DNA from: Anthoceros angustus
Lineage: Eukaryota > Plantae > Anthocerotophyta
Direction: 5' to 3'
Assembly: GCA_010909165.1 (NCBI GenBank)
Contig: VJWM01000011.1
Coordinates: 496,001 to 560,000, forward strand
Length of the DNA stretch: 64,000 nt
The notes beneath the pieces were generated by a model. That model was not told the DNA's origin. It was given only the letters and a program-made list of their open reading frames with translations, and ran no database searches. Below, piece after piece: positions 1 to 11,559 of this stretch (within the stretch, counting starts at the first letter, position 1; every line of letters begins with the position of its first letter). The position numbers and the translations under genes are program-made.

Positions 1-390
1 AGCAAAGCGAGTTTAATAAAAAGGCGACCCGTTCCTTGCCCTCGACGACGCTAGCAGCGGAAGTCTTCAGCTGGTACCAGCTTTACGGTGCGGTCGGGTC
101 TGGCCCCAGGGTCGTACCCTCCTGGTTCCACACGCTTCCATAGGCACTCTCTCCTATTACGTTTACGCGCTCCTGGTGGTGCTGTCGCCCGGCCGTGAAT
201 CTTCAAGTGGGTGCAACTGCGATTGCCTCGCCCCAGCGGAGCCGGGAGCTGCACTCGTTGTTGGGTCTTGGGAGGCAGATCCTGGGGTGCTGAGTGGGTG
301 GCTCTGTGCCTCTGTATAGCTGACGGTGTGGGATTTTTTGGATTTGGGTGGATCCGGATTCTGGCAATCTTGGAATGCTTGGAGGCTCAA

Positions 391-1444
391 GGTTGCATTT
401 GTGTGATATCTAAATCAAGACTGTCCCTTGGTGGGCTTAACTTGACCAGGTGTTGTTCAAGCAGGATGCATTTGAACCACGATTATCAGTGGAGTTCAGA
501 CGGAGGTGGATGCACTTTCGCATGTGGAGCATTTAAATCTTGTGAAGTTGATCGGATATCTTGAGGAAAATCAAGAGCGTATTCTTGTTGTGGAATTTGT
601 CAATAATGGCAATCTGCGGGAGCACCTTGACGGTGAACATGATTGGAACCCGCCTCCTGTTTTAGTTTTAAGTTTCATGCTCTCTTGTCCGGCTTGGTGC
701 ATTCCATTCGGTTTGGGTGAAACTTCTTTCTATATCTGTTCCTGATGGTATGTTCTATCTTCTTACTTGCTAGCTGTTTCTGCAGCAAGTACTGGAGGAT
801 ATTGGACATTGGCAAGCGGCTGGACATTGCTATTGATGTGGCACATGCTTTAACTTATCTTCACACCTACTCTGGTAGGACTAATATGTCAACAAACAGC
901 CTATTTCTAGTGACTGCTGGCCACATGTTGCAAAGTCATCTTACATCATAGCATTTCTGTGCAGACCGGCCTATTATTCACCGAGATGTGAAATCGTCAA
1001 ACATTCTTCTTACGGACACATACAGGGCCAAAGTAGCAGATTTTGGGTTTTCGAGGCTGGGCCTGAGGATGGTGGGGCAACTCATGTTTCCACGCAGGTT
1101 AAGGGCACAGCTGGTTACTTGGACCCTGAGTACTTGAACTCGTACCAGCTTACTCAAAAGAGTGATGTATACTCGTATGGAATCTTGCTTGTGAGATCTT
1201 CACGGGAGGCGACCCATCAGGCTGAAGAGACCTAGTGATGAGCGAGTGACCGTGAGATGGGTGAGTAAACGTTGCATGCTTGGAAATACTTGCCATCTTC
1301 AGATAGATTCTGACTGTTCTTGTCAGTCAAAACCATTTGAGGAGAGTGTTGTGTGCTTGTTGTCCTGGAGGTTGGTGACAGTCCTGAGTGTCCTGCGTTG
1401 ATCTCTAGGCATGGAAGAAAGTGAGCGATGGAATGGTGGCTGAA
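391..1444 (+). repeat. Partial duplicate of the kinase gene segment 3337-4396, frameshifted (probable assembly artefact)
   Basis: Near-identical to 3337-4396 including introns; differences are mostly 1-bp deletions in short runs (e.g. actggaggat vs actggagggat). Confidence 0.85.
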
Positions 1445-1600
1445 TGGGAGGTCTGTGACTTGGGGCGGTGCACTGCTGCTGCTGCTGGCTGCATAGTCTG
1501 TGCCAGGTTCTGGTTGAGGGCATTATGTGCTTGGCATGTGCTTTCTCTGTTGAAGCTGTTCGCCAGGGCCCGGCACGTTCCTCCATGGTCGTTGGGGGAG

Positions 1601-4600
1601 ATGGATTGTAGGTCAATCGGCCTCTTACGAGGCCTGCTTGTGTTGGTTTTGGGTTCTTTGGTGGTTGCAAATTTAGGCCTACTTGTGGAGGGGAAGGTTG
1701 TGGGTGGGTGTGAGCGTCTGTCTTTGTGTGAAGTATCTGAGGGGAATGTGGGAGGCGTAGTGGAGGGGTGCTGTCGTGTGCTGGTTGCTGCAAATGACAA
1801 AGGCTGCTTTTGTGCTGCTTCTCCTCAACACTGGGTTCTGTCAGCACTGGAAGTATGCAATGTGGCACTTCACACCTATGGCAGTCTGGAGTGTGCATCT
1901 ATCAAGGGTAAGATTTCTAGTGCAACGGGATTATGGACAGGCTTGTGCCTGGGCGTACAGTGTGTGATTCCGATGGGTGCTGTGTCTTTCCCTTTGGGCC
2001 CATGTGCAGCTTCCAGTCGATCGGCAATGCGGAAGTTCGGTGGGCAATATGCCAGGAGTGCGGTTCATGTGGAATCTGGATTCTCAGGACTGCCAGGCCA
2101 TGTAACAGAGCATGAAGGTGGAAGTGAGCATGCTGAAGGAGCAGGACTTGAAGATGGTGAACTATCTGATGGCTCAGGGGAGATCTTATTCGGAATTGGC
2201 GGTTGTGTCATGTTCTCATGTGCATTTTATGCCTGCTGCAAAACATATTATGTGCCTCGTCCCACCGAGCATTACAGCTTGAAACAAAGTGGGTAGTGAT
2301 GTCTCGCAGATATGACAGCAGACCGGGAAGGTGATTCGTAGCTTCCTTTGGATACTCTTGCCAATTTTGCTCTCTTTCAATCCTAATGGATGTCCAGCCT
2401 CCTGCCCCATAACTTCCGAGAGTGAACTCCTACCACGCAACTGGTCTAACCTCGCGGAAAGGTCGGAGGATCATCACTACCACCAAGTGAGTAACAGATG
2501 GAAAATGCTAGCCTGACATTGCAAGGGGCATTGCGAGACTCTGGGAAAAATATGTCGCCCAGAGTCGTGCCAATAGACCAAACGCCCATGCACATAAACT
2601 CGGTTCATAAATTATTAGAAATTATAATTTCGATCACACACCAAATACTTTGCACCTTAAATTGTACTAAAAGGTGTGGCTTAGGCCAAATGGACACTCG
2701 TTTATAAGAACGTAGTGATTAAACATCCTGAGCTTAGATCGGTACTTAGATGGGGTGCTTAAAGGGGTAGATGTTCTTGGTGCAAGTAGCTTAGGCACAC
2801 CATGGTACAAGTTGTTAAGTACCAAGTCCCATAACGGAAATCCGTCCTTAGTGGACTTCTGCCCACTATAGCGATAGAAAGTTGGGTCTTTACATAGTCT
2901 AAGCCCTTCTAGAAGTCTCGCGATTCTGTGAATATAATGTCGTCAAAGGGTAAGGACCATGCCATGTCAGGACAAAGGGTACAATTGTTTTCTTGTTGTC
3001 TATGTTCCCGCGCCATGTGCTGGCAAAAGATACACCTTTTTTGTCTTGTTTAGCTTCCCCGTTAGTCACCTGACGCGGATAGTGCTTCTTGGTTTGCATC
3101 AGGTGGCTCAAATCCCCCGAGTACGAACTTTACCATGTCTCCTGCCCGTTATGTTCCCTCTCCAACTCAACCGGACGTTGTTGCTGGAAGACACTTTACA
3201 ATGGCTGACATTATCAGAGCCACCGATAATTTCTCTCCATCCCGGAAGATAGGACAGGGTGGATTTGGACTGGTCTACCAAGGAAGGCTGCCTGATAATC
3301 AGATCGTTGCAATCAAGCGGGCAAAAAAAGTATGATGGTTGCATTTGTGTGATATCTAAATCAAGACTGTCCCTTGGTGGGCTTAACTTGACCAGGTGTT
3401 GTTCAAGCAGGATGCATTTGAACCACGATTATCGGTGGAGTTCCAGACGGAGGTGGATGCACTTTCGCATGTGGAGCATTTAAATCTTGTGAAGTTGATC
3501 GGATATCTTGAGGAAAATCAAGAGCGTATTCTTGTTGTGGAATTTGTCAATAATGGCAATCTGCGGGAGCACCTTGACGGTGAACATGATTGGAACCCGC
3601 CTCCTGTTTTAGTTTTAAGTTTCATGCTCTCTTGTCCGGCTTGGTGCATTCCATTCGGTTTGGGTGAAACTTCTTTCTATATCTGTTCCTGATGGTATGT
3701 TCTATCTTCTTACTTGCTAGCTGTTTCTGCAGCAAGTACTGGAGGGATATTGGACATTGGCAAGCGGCTGGACATTGCTATTGATGTGGCACATGCTTTA
3801 ACTTATCTTCACACCTACTCTGGTAGGACTAATATGTCAACAAACAGCCTATTTCTAGTGACTGCTGGCCACATGTTGCAAAGTCATCTTACATCATAGC
3901 ATTTCCTGTGCAGACCGGCCTATTATTCACCGAGATGTGAAATCGTCAAACATTCTTCTTACGGACACATACAGGGCCAAAGTAGCAGATTTTGGGTTTT
4001 CGAGGGCTGGGCCTGAGGATGGTGGGGCAACTCATGTTTCCACGCAGGTTAAGGGCACAGCTGGTTACTTGGACCCTGAGTACTTGAACTCGTACCAGCT
4101 TACTCAAAAGAGTGATGTATACTCGTATGGAATCTTGCTTATTGAGATCTTCACGGGGAGGCGACCCATCGAGCTGAAGAGACCTAGTGATGAGCGAGTG
4201 ACCGTGAGATGGGTGAGTAAACGTTGCATGCTTGGAAATACTTGCCATCTTCAGATAGATTCTGACTGTTCTTGTCAGTCAAAACCATTTGAGGAGAGTG
4301 TTGTGTGCTTGTTGTCCTGGAGGTTGGTGACAGTCCTGAGTGTCCTGCGTTGATCTCTAGGCATGGAAGAAAGTGAGCGATGGAATGGTGGCTGAAATTC
4401 TTGACCCGAAGCTTGAGCGAACACAACCAGCACTCATGATGGTCGAGAAGGTTGCGGAGCTCGCATTTGCATGCTCAGCTCCATCAAGGAACGACAGGCC
4501 CTTGATGGGTGACGCCGGAAAAGAGCTGTGGACTATACGATCTCAGTATCAGGCTGCAATGAAGGAATATGGACTTGCCAAAAGTGCGTCGAACGTCTCC

Positions 4601-5362
4601 ACGGCCTCCAGCTTCTCCAATCCTTCCTGCAAGTACCTGGCATTATCCTCACCAATTCTGCATGATGCTCTTGTATCCCTGCAGCAAGATTGGTGCATCA
4701 TGAGTAACACAACGATTCATTCATCTCAGCACTGCTCCAAACTTAGGGTCACTTGCCTCAAATCCGAGACGGACAAGCTGGTAGTACTGAGCGATGATCT
4801 GACTGGCTCCTGTCATTTGCCCTCCAGTTAGAACAGCGGTCATCAAATTGAATGGACTTAAGCCTGATAATCCGAGCCTGTATGAAATGTGTGTCACAGA
4901 CGTCATACCCTTGGAGAAATTGAGCGTGAATGTAGGCTGGTCAGCTCCGGGTAGTTGACATGAAAGATGAGCTCCTCCGGAAGATCCTCCAGCTGCGCCA
5001 AAGGGCCCACCCAATTCCAGCGTACACCAGCCCATACTTGTGCCCGCTCACATTGATGCTCTTGACGAGAGGCAGGCGGAAATCCACTCCAGATCGGGAT
5101 ACAAGAAAGGAGCAATAAATCCTCCACTTGCAGCATCCACGTGAATCGGAGTGTCCCAACTGCATTCAAGTTCGAGCCGATTGCGTGAATGATATAACCA
5201 CCTGCAAGGCAGATTTTAACGACAACTGCTGGCAGCGAAGCAACTAAGGCTCACCCGGTTTCCTCGTTCTTCTTGGCCAGCAGATCGTTGAGCAGTAAGA
5301 AGGCAGGTTCGGACTATCAGTATGACCTCCCCAGAAGAGGGAGCTGGCAAGCCGGAAGATAG
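1601..5362 (+). CDS. CRCK3-like receptor kinase: signal peptide, 8-Cys ectodomain, TM helix, Ser/Thr kinase; multi-exon, interrupted by duplicated blocks 2225-2930 and 4608-5294
   Basis: Exons ~1601-1907, 2010-~2230 plus ~2922-2949, 3103-3329, 3411-3579, 3733-3822, 3914-4212, 4361-~4620 and a probable tail 5291-5362, with GT-AG borders. Motifs [52 protein letters not shown] match the CRCK family; TM-like [15 protein letters not shown]. The stop position is tentative. Confidence 0.85.
2225..2930 (+). repeat. Duplicate of intergenic segment 5631-6341 inserted into a kinase exon
   Basis: Identical ORFs at 2331/5739 and 2498/5906; junction microhomologies ttttatgcc and gattctgtg. Confidence 0.85.
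4608..5294 (-). repeat. Duplicate of GAD segment 7752-8444 inserted into the last kinase exon
   Basis: Carries frameshifted [12 protein letters not shown] and [12 protein letters not shown]; junction microhomologies ccagcttctcc and agca. Confidence 0.85.
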
Positions 5363-6084
5363 TAATCCCTTGAGGAAGGAGTTACTCTTGTAACGATAGA
5401 TGCCGTAGGTTTCTTTTGAATGCTGCTTGATCTGGCACCTACATTCCAGTCAATATGCTTGCCAAATGTATGGTGATCAGTGCTTGTGAACCCCCCAATT
5501 CTTTTTCGTATCTATGGCCACACAATGCTGGAGAGTTTCCCGAATAACCAGCTGATAAAGCCTGCTGTAATGTATATTCTAATTGTCCGTGTTGAGTTTA
5601 TCAGTTTGGTGAGGTCACACATCCAGAACTTTTTATGCCTGCTGCAAAACATATTATGTGCCTCGTCCCACCGAGCATTACACAGCTTGAAACAAAGTGG
5701 GTAGTGATGTCTCGCAGATATGACAGCAGACCGGGAAGGTGATTCGTAGCTTCCTTTGGATACTCTTGCCAATTTTGCTCTCTTTCAATCCTAATGGATG
5801 TCCAGCCTCCTGCCCCATAACTTCCGAGAGTGAACTCCTACCACGCAACTGGTCTAACCTCGCGGAAAGGTCGGAGGATCATCACTACCACCAAGTGAGT
5901 AACAGATGGAAAATGCTAGCCTGACATTGCAAGGGGCATTGCGAGACTCTGGGAAAAATATGTCGCCCAGAGTCGTGCCAATAGACCAAACGCCCATGCA
6001 CATAAACTCGGTTCATAAATTATTAGAAATTATAATTTCGATCACACACCAAATACTTTGCACCTTAAATTGTACTAAAAGGTG

Positions 6085-6267
6085 TGGCTTAGGCCAAATG
6101 GACACTCGTTTATAAGAACGTAGTGATTAAACATCCTGAGCTTAGATCGGTACTTAGATGGGGTGCTTAAAGGGAGTAGATGTTCTTGGTGCAAGTAGCT
6201 TAGGCACACCATGGTACAAGTTGTTAAGTACCAAGTCCCATAACGGAAATCCGTCCTTAGTGGACTT
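6085..6267. repeat. Dispersed ~180-bp repeat family (diverged copy at ~49821-50003; artefactual copy at ~2677-2858)
   Basis: Shared tggcttaggccaaat...ggtacttagatggggtgc...gtaccaagtcccat...gtccttagtggact, with many substitutions between the 6 kb and 50 kb copies. Confidence 0.75.
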
Positions 6268-7069
6268 CTCTGCCCACTATAGCGATAGAAAGTTGGGTCT
6301 TTACATAGTCTAAGCCCTTCTAGAAGTCTCGCGATTCTGTGGCAGATAAGTTGCGTGATGCTATGGCAGCATGCCATGGGTAGGGTTTGCCGATGCAAAG
6401 GCATCGAGCCTAAGCGACGTCTGCATACAAAGGACGTGTAGATATGGACATGGGCCAATGCGGCATGGGGCAGGAGCAAGACCGACAAGAAACAAGAAAC
6501 GGCTTTCAGGCTGCCGGGAGGTGAGAGAGTACATAGATCCGTCGGTGTGACTTGATAACTGCCAGATTCAAAAACGGTGTTGGATCCCACCGTTTCTAAA
6601 ACTGACCTGATGGATCGTCCCGGCCTGTTCGTCCCCAGTTTTGCCTTTGATGTGATGGATCTGGCCAGGTCTCCCCCTGGGTGAAATGAAATGGCTATGA
6701 AATGGAATGGCTATGAAAGTGGTCGTGGGCAGAGCTGCCAACCGGTCAAGGGGGGCAGTTACTATGTACATAAACATTTTCTTCAACACCGTCTGTACGC
6801 AATTTGGGTCAAATGGTAAGTGGAGGCAGTTACGGTGTAAATAGTTTCTTCAACTTCCCAATGCCCACGCTGGTGGACGAACACGCGTGAAGCTTGCATC
6901 TGGTTGTCCTGGTACACAGGTGGGTGGAACAACAAGTTTGATATGACATCACCATTACAGTACATGCTGCACTGCTGTCAGGGTGGTGGAAATTGTCTGG
7001 GTGGTGCAGTAATTAGACACTCAAAACGACCTGATCACATACATGAGTATCCCTGAGCCAGGCTGTGGA

Positions 7070-9405
7070 TCAGCAAACTCCGTTGGTTTTATGGAGAGCG
7101 TGCTTCTTCCAGACCTTGAATGCTCGCTGGGAACTGAGAAGCTGATCGAAGACCGAGACGGGCTTCACTTTTTCTTCCACAGCAGCAGAGTCGCTGGGTT
7201 GTAGCTTCCTCTCCACTACAGGTGCTGACTTTTCCAGATACTCCAGAGTCTTCAGGATGTCGCCCACAAGTCTGTCCACAAACTGCCGGCTGAAGTCCTC
7301 TCTCACCACTGCACGCAGCAGACTGTGATGACACCAAGGGAATGTGGAATGCAGGGAGGGTGAGAGCAACCTGTTGCTGCTGTATCGACCAGCTTGACCG
7401 CGCAATTGAAGCGGCGATGTCACCGTAACTGCAAGCTAGGTGGTTCGAGCTCAACACCTCACAGCGAGCCTCTCGGCCAATACCATCTGCACAGCGTGGC
7501 CATGGAACGCAACCAGATCGTTAATGCGGGGGTCGCTCCTGCGCGTGAATCGAGCCACGTGTGAGGATGCACAGTCCGAAGCAACTTCAGACTCACTTCC
7601 TGAGCATCTGGGGCCATGGTGTAAGCTGGAAGGATCCAGCCATACATTCGCAGGTGGTCGGATATCTGGTATTCGTTAAATCTGCTCTTATCCTTCAGGG
7701 CGAAGGCTACAAGAGGGACTCCAACGGGCTTGGATAGGATGTCAAATCTTCCCAGCTTCTCCAATCCTTCCCGCAAGTACCTGGCATTATCCTTGCAATT
7801 CTGCATGATGCTCTTGTATCCCTGCAGCAAGATTGGTGCATCATGAGTAACACAACGATTCATTCATCTCCAGCACTGCTCCAAACTTAGGGTCACTTGC
7901 CTCAAATCCGAGACGGACAAGCTGGTAGTACTGAGCGATGATCTGACTGGCTCCTGTCATTTGCCCTCCAGTTAGAACAGCGGTCATCAAATTGAATGGA
8001 CTTAAGCCTGATAATCCGAGCCTGTATGAAATGTGTGTCACAGACGTCATACCCTTGGAGAAATTGAGCGTGAATGTAGGCTGGTCAGCTCCGAGGTAGT
8101 TGACATGAAAGATGAGCTCCTCCGGAAGATCCTCCCGGCTGCGCCAAAGGGCCCACCCAATTCCAGCGTACACCAGCCCATACTTGTGCCCGCTCACATT
8201 GATGCTCTTGACGAGAGGCAGGCGGAAATCCCACTCCAGATCGGGATACAAGAAAGGAGCAATAAATCCTCCACTTGCAGCATCCACGTGAATCGGAGTG
8301 TCCCAACTGCATTCAAGTTCGAGCCGATTGCGTGAATGATACTCCAACCACCTGCAAGGCAGATTTTAACGACAACTGCTGGCAGCGAAGCAACTAAGGC
8401 TCACCCGGTTTCCTCGTTCTTCTTGGCCAGCAGATCGTTGAGCAACTTCACATCCTCAAACTCGCCATTGTAAGTTGAGCCTAGGATAGCGCACACACAG
8501 ATGGTGTTCTCATCCACCAATTCCACCGCCTGAACTGGATCCATTACGTAGAAGTCCTTTTTGAGCTTCACGTCCTTCAAGTCCACCTCGAAGTAGCGGG
8601 CAAATTTCTCCCAGCACACCTGTCACCTTCAATGTGTTGGATCACAGCCCAGCTGACAGCCATTATCAGCGAGCTAACCTCGATGCTTACCTGCACATTG
8701 GCTCCAGTCACAATGTTGGGCTTGTCAAACGGTTTCCCCTCTGCTTTGCGCTTGTTCTGCCACTTCCTCTTGAAAGCCAGCCCAGCGAGCATGATGGCTT
8801 CGGACGATCCCACCGTCCCCACCCCGACCGCCTGCTCGTTCTCCCCCACCGGAGCATTAAAGAGGCGGGCTATCATGTTAACACACCGATCCTGCCAAGG
8901 CGAGCAGGCAGCGAGTGAGGCAAAGCAGGCACGATCATATGGAGAATCCTGAAGCCGGCACCAAATCCCAGATCGGCTGTCACCTGCATTTCCGTTGTGA
9001 CAGGATACTCGTCCATGTCGATATAGTTCTTGTTGAGCGAGTCCTGAATGAGCTTGTCGCACTCAGGCTCCATCCACGTGGTGACAAAGGACGCCAGATT
9101 GAGCCTCGGATTACCGTCCAGCATAAGCTCATCCTTGATGACCTGGTGGGCAGCCTCCTTAGGAATCCCCTCCCGCAGCATAGCATACCTGCACGATCAC
9201 AATTCCAGCAGCAAGCAGTGCAGGATACTCAGCAATCAGGAAAACCCACAACAACATTGAATGCAGCAATGGAAGAAGTAAGATCTTACTTGGGAAGCCC
9301 AACGGTAACATAGCGGGACCCAAAGAGGCAGCTGTGCGGATCTACTCCCGCAACCTCTTGCTCCAAGGTTTCGGCCGGAACCGTGGTGGTTTGAGCGAGC
9401 ACCAT
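7070..9405 (-). CDS. GAD: Glutamate decarboxylase (PLP-dependent, plant type with C-terminal calmodulin-binding tail); multi-exon, interrupted by duplicate block ~7315-7598
   Basis: [53 protein letters not shown]-lysine motif [28 protein letters not shown] and C-terminus [13 protein letters not shown]; GT-AG introns. Confidence 0.96.
7315..7598. repeat. Duplicate of GAD upstream region ~9554-9841 inserted in the last GAD exon
   Basis: Removing it at the shared AGTCTG (minus strand) restores the in-frame sequence [16 protein letters not shown]. Confidence 0.85.
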
Positions 9406-10024
9406 GGCTGCTGCTCAGGAGCTCTAAGGGGACCCTTAGGCGCTTAGGCGGTGCTGGAAAAAGGAAGGGGAGAGACGGAGAAGATGATGAAATCCTCTCT
9501 CAGACTCTCTGCTTCGGCATCTCAAGGCAGCAGCAGCACCAGCACCAGCACCAGCAGCAGACTGTGATGACACCAAGGGAATGTGGAATGCAGGGAGGGG
9601 TGAGAGCAACCTGTTGCTGCTGTATCGACCAGCTTGACCGCGCAATTGAAGCGGCGATGTCACCGTAACTGCAAGCTAGGTGGTTCGAGCTCAACACCTC
9701 ACAGCGAGCCTCTCGGCCAATACCATCTGCACAGCGTGGCCATGGAACGCAACCAGATCGTTAATGCGGGGGTCGCTCCTGCGCGTGAATCGAGCCACGT
9801 GTGAGGATGCACGGCAGTCCGAAGCAACTTCAGACTCACTTTGTGGCCGCCACCAAAGTGCCCACAAAACACCGTCTAAACATGACTTAACCAAAGCCTC
9901 TTCACGATGAGCCTGCACAAACACACAAACACACAAACACAACGTCAGGGAAGCCTTCAGTCCTAAATTTCCCTGGCTTTTCTGTATCACAAACTAGTCC
10001 ATGTAGTTCCAAAAATGGAGGGGT

Positions 10025-10922
10025 CGCAACTTCCTCATATCGTCTTGCAAGGATGAACATCCTCTCGATTTTATTCTTGCACCTCGCTCCCTTGGACGAT
10101 GTGGGGGCTTGTGATTCTGAAAAGTCTTTGGACTCCAATAGAACTGTTTCTCCTCCAACGAAAGGTGCAGGTCCAAGCATGATATCCGAAGCCATAGGAA
10201 AAAAGGAGAAAGGTGCTGCTCCTGTGTGCTGAAAGCCGTACCAACTATGTATGCCATGGCAACACTGGAGCCAAAGCGAGAGGTGGTACAAAAGCGAGTT
10301 TGCCCAAAAATGTGTGCAGCGTAGCAGCACTCCTATTATCAATTACGTGTCGGCCTTCCAAGCGGATGGAAGATGCGGCTCCAGGGCAATGAACAAAGAA
10401 ATACATAGGAAATAATCTGCAGGCAAATTGCGATGCAGGCCCGAGATGCATTGGCTGAAGTGAGTCCTTGCAACCGAGGTGTGGAGGTGAGCTCTCGGCC
10501 TCCTGGCTCCAGCCCGCTCCCTAGCCCTCTCGGACCCCAGCCTTGCGGCGTCCTTGCCTCAGTCCGAGCCCGAGGCCTGCCGCCCTCCCCGTGCCCGCTG
10601 GGCCTCCCGGCCTCGGCCAAAGGCCGCACCCGCGCGCCCTCTATTATCACATTCAACTCTCTACCCATGGCTTCCTCACGACTGCATCACGATCCACAGC
10701 TCGTCCGATGCCGTATCTTCGGGGGCCCTTTCTAGAGCTGCACGAGGGAGGTATGTGTTAGGATATACCTTCGCCGATATGAATAATGTACCCGTCATCG
10801 CGGACCGTCTAGCTACGCAGGACGGTATTCCACATTGCATCTGGTAGCACATCAACAGATGCATATACATGCGACAACCGACTTTCTTTTAAGTCAAAGT
10901 CCGTCGATACCGACGTTCTACA
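10025..10922 (+). mobile_element. Unclassified degenerate repeat or TE fragment (copies at ~16148-16730 and ~17685-19190), ending in a possible PPT plus short TGT...ACA LTR-like segment (10756-10922)
   Basis: Three local copies; gagggagg directly before tgttaggat; no recognisable protein domain. Confidence 0.4.
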
Positions 10923-11559
10923 GTCCATCGGCTAGGACACGGAGAAACTCGACCCTTCTTTCTTTGTCTACCCACAACCCTTTGTCTTTCTAGACTCCCA
11001 TCACCGACAAGGTGAAGGGTAGACAAAGAATGAATCAAAAAAAAATTTTAGAGACTTTGTTTAAAAATAAATTAATATTCCTTGAAAACTATCCTCTGAG
11101 TCTCAATTCGAGCTCGTCCACCATTCTTCTTAGATTTCGAAGTGTCATGAGCCCGCAATTGGTTTGCATCCGTCTCGTACTAATGTGTGAAGAGGTATGT
11201 GTGGTTCTAGCCTATGCGTGCAGCTCAAGCTAGTGTTAATGTGTGGCCTTTACGGGCAATAACTTTGGTAAGTCCGTGTGGCCTTTACGGACAATAAGTC
11301 TGCTGATTCTGAGGCTAGCAAGGAAATTTTGGAGGATAGGAGTCATGCAAAGGTCAAGTTATTTGTTCTTTTCTTTGAGAAGGTATGTGACCATCCATTT
11401 TGCCCCATTGTAGCTTGAGCGATATCACCATCAACAAGTTTAATTCTCCAACCATGATCAACTACTGTCACACTTTGAAGTTGCAACCACCGCAAAAGCA
11501 TTTCCTCAATTTCCGCTGTTGTGCCTTGAGATTGTCGTCATCAAGAGCTTTAACCCTCT

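Noticed and set aside
391-1444. A second, tandem kinase gene
   Set aside because: Internal fragment only, with near-identical introns and homopolymer frameshifts; better explained as a pasted copy.
4373-4831. Kinase fused to antisense GAD sequence as a novel C-terminus
   Set aside because: The read-through after SSFSNPS is the duplicated GAD block.
1601-9405. Functional cluster of two calmodulin-binding proteins (CRCK-like and GAD)
   Set aside because: Adjacency alone; no shared regulatory evidence in the sequence.
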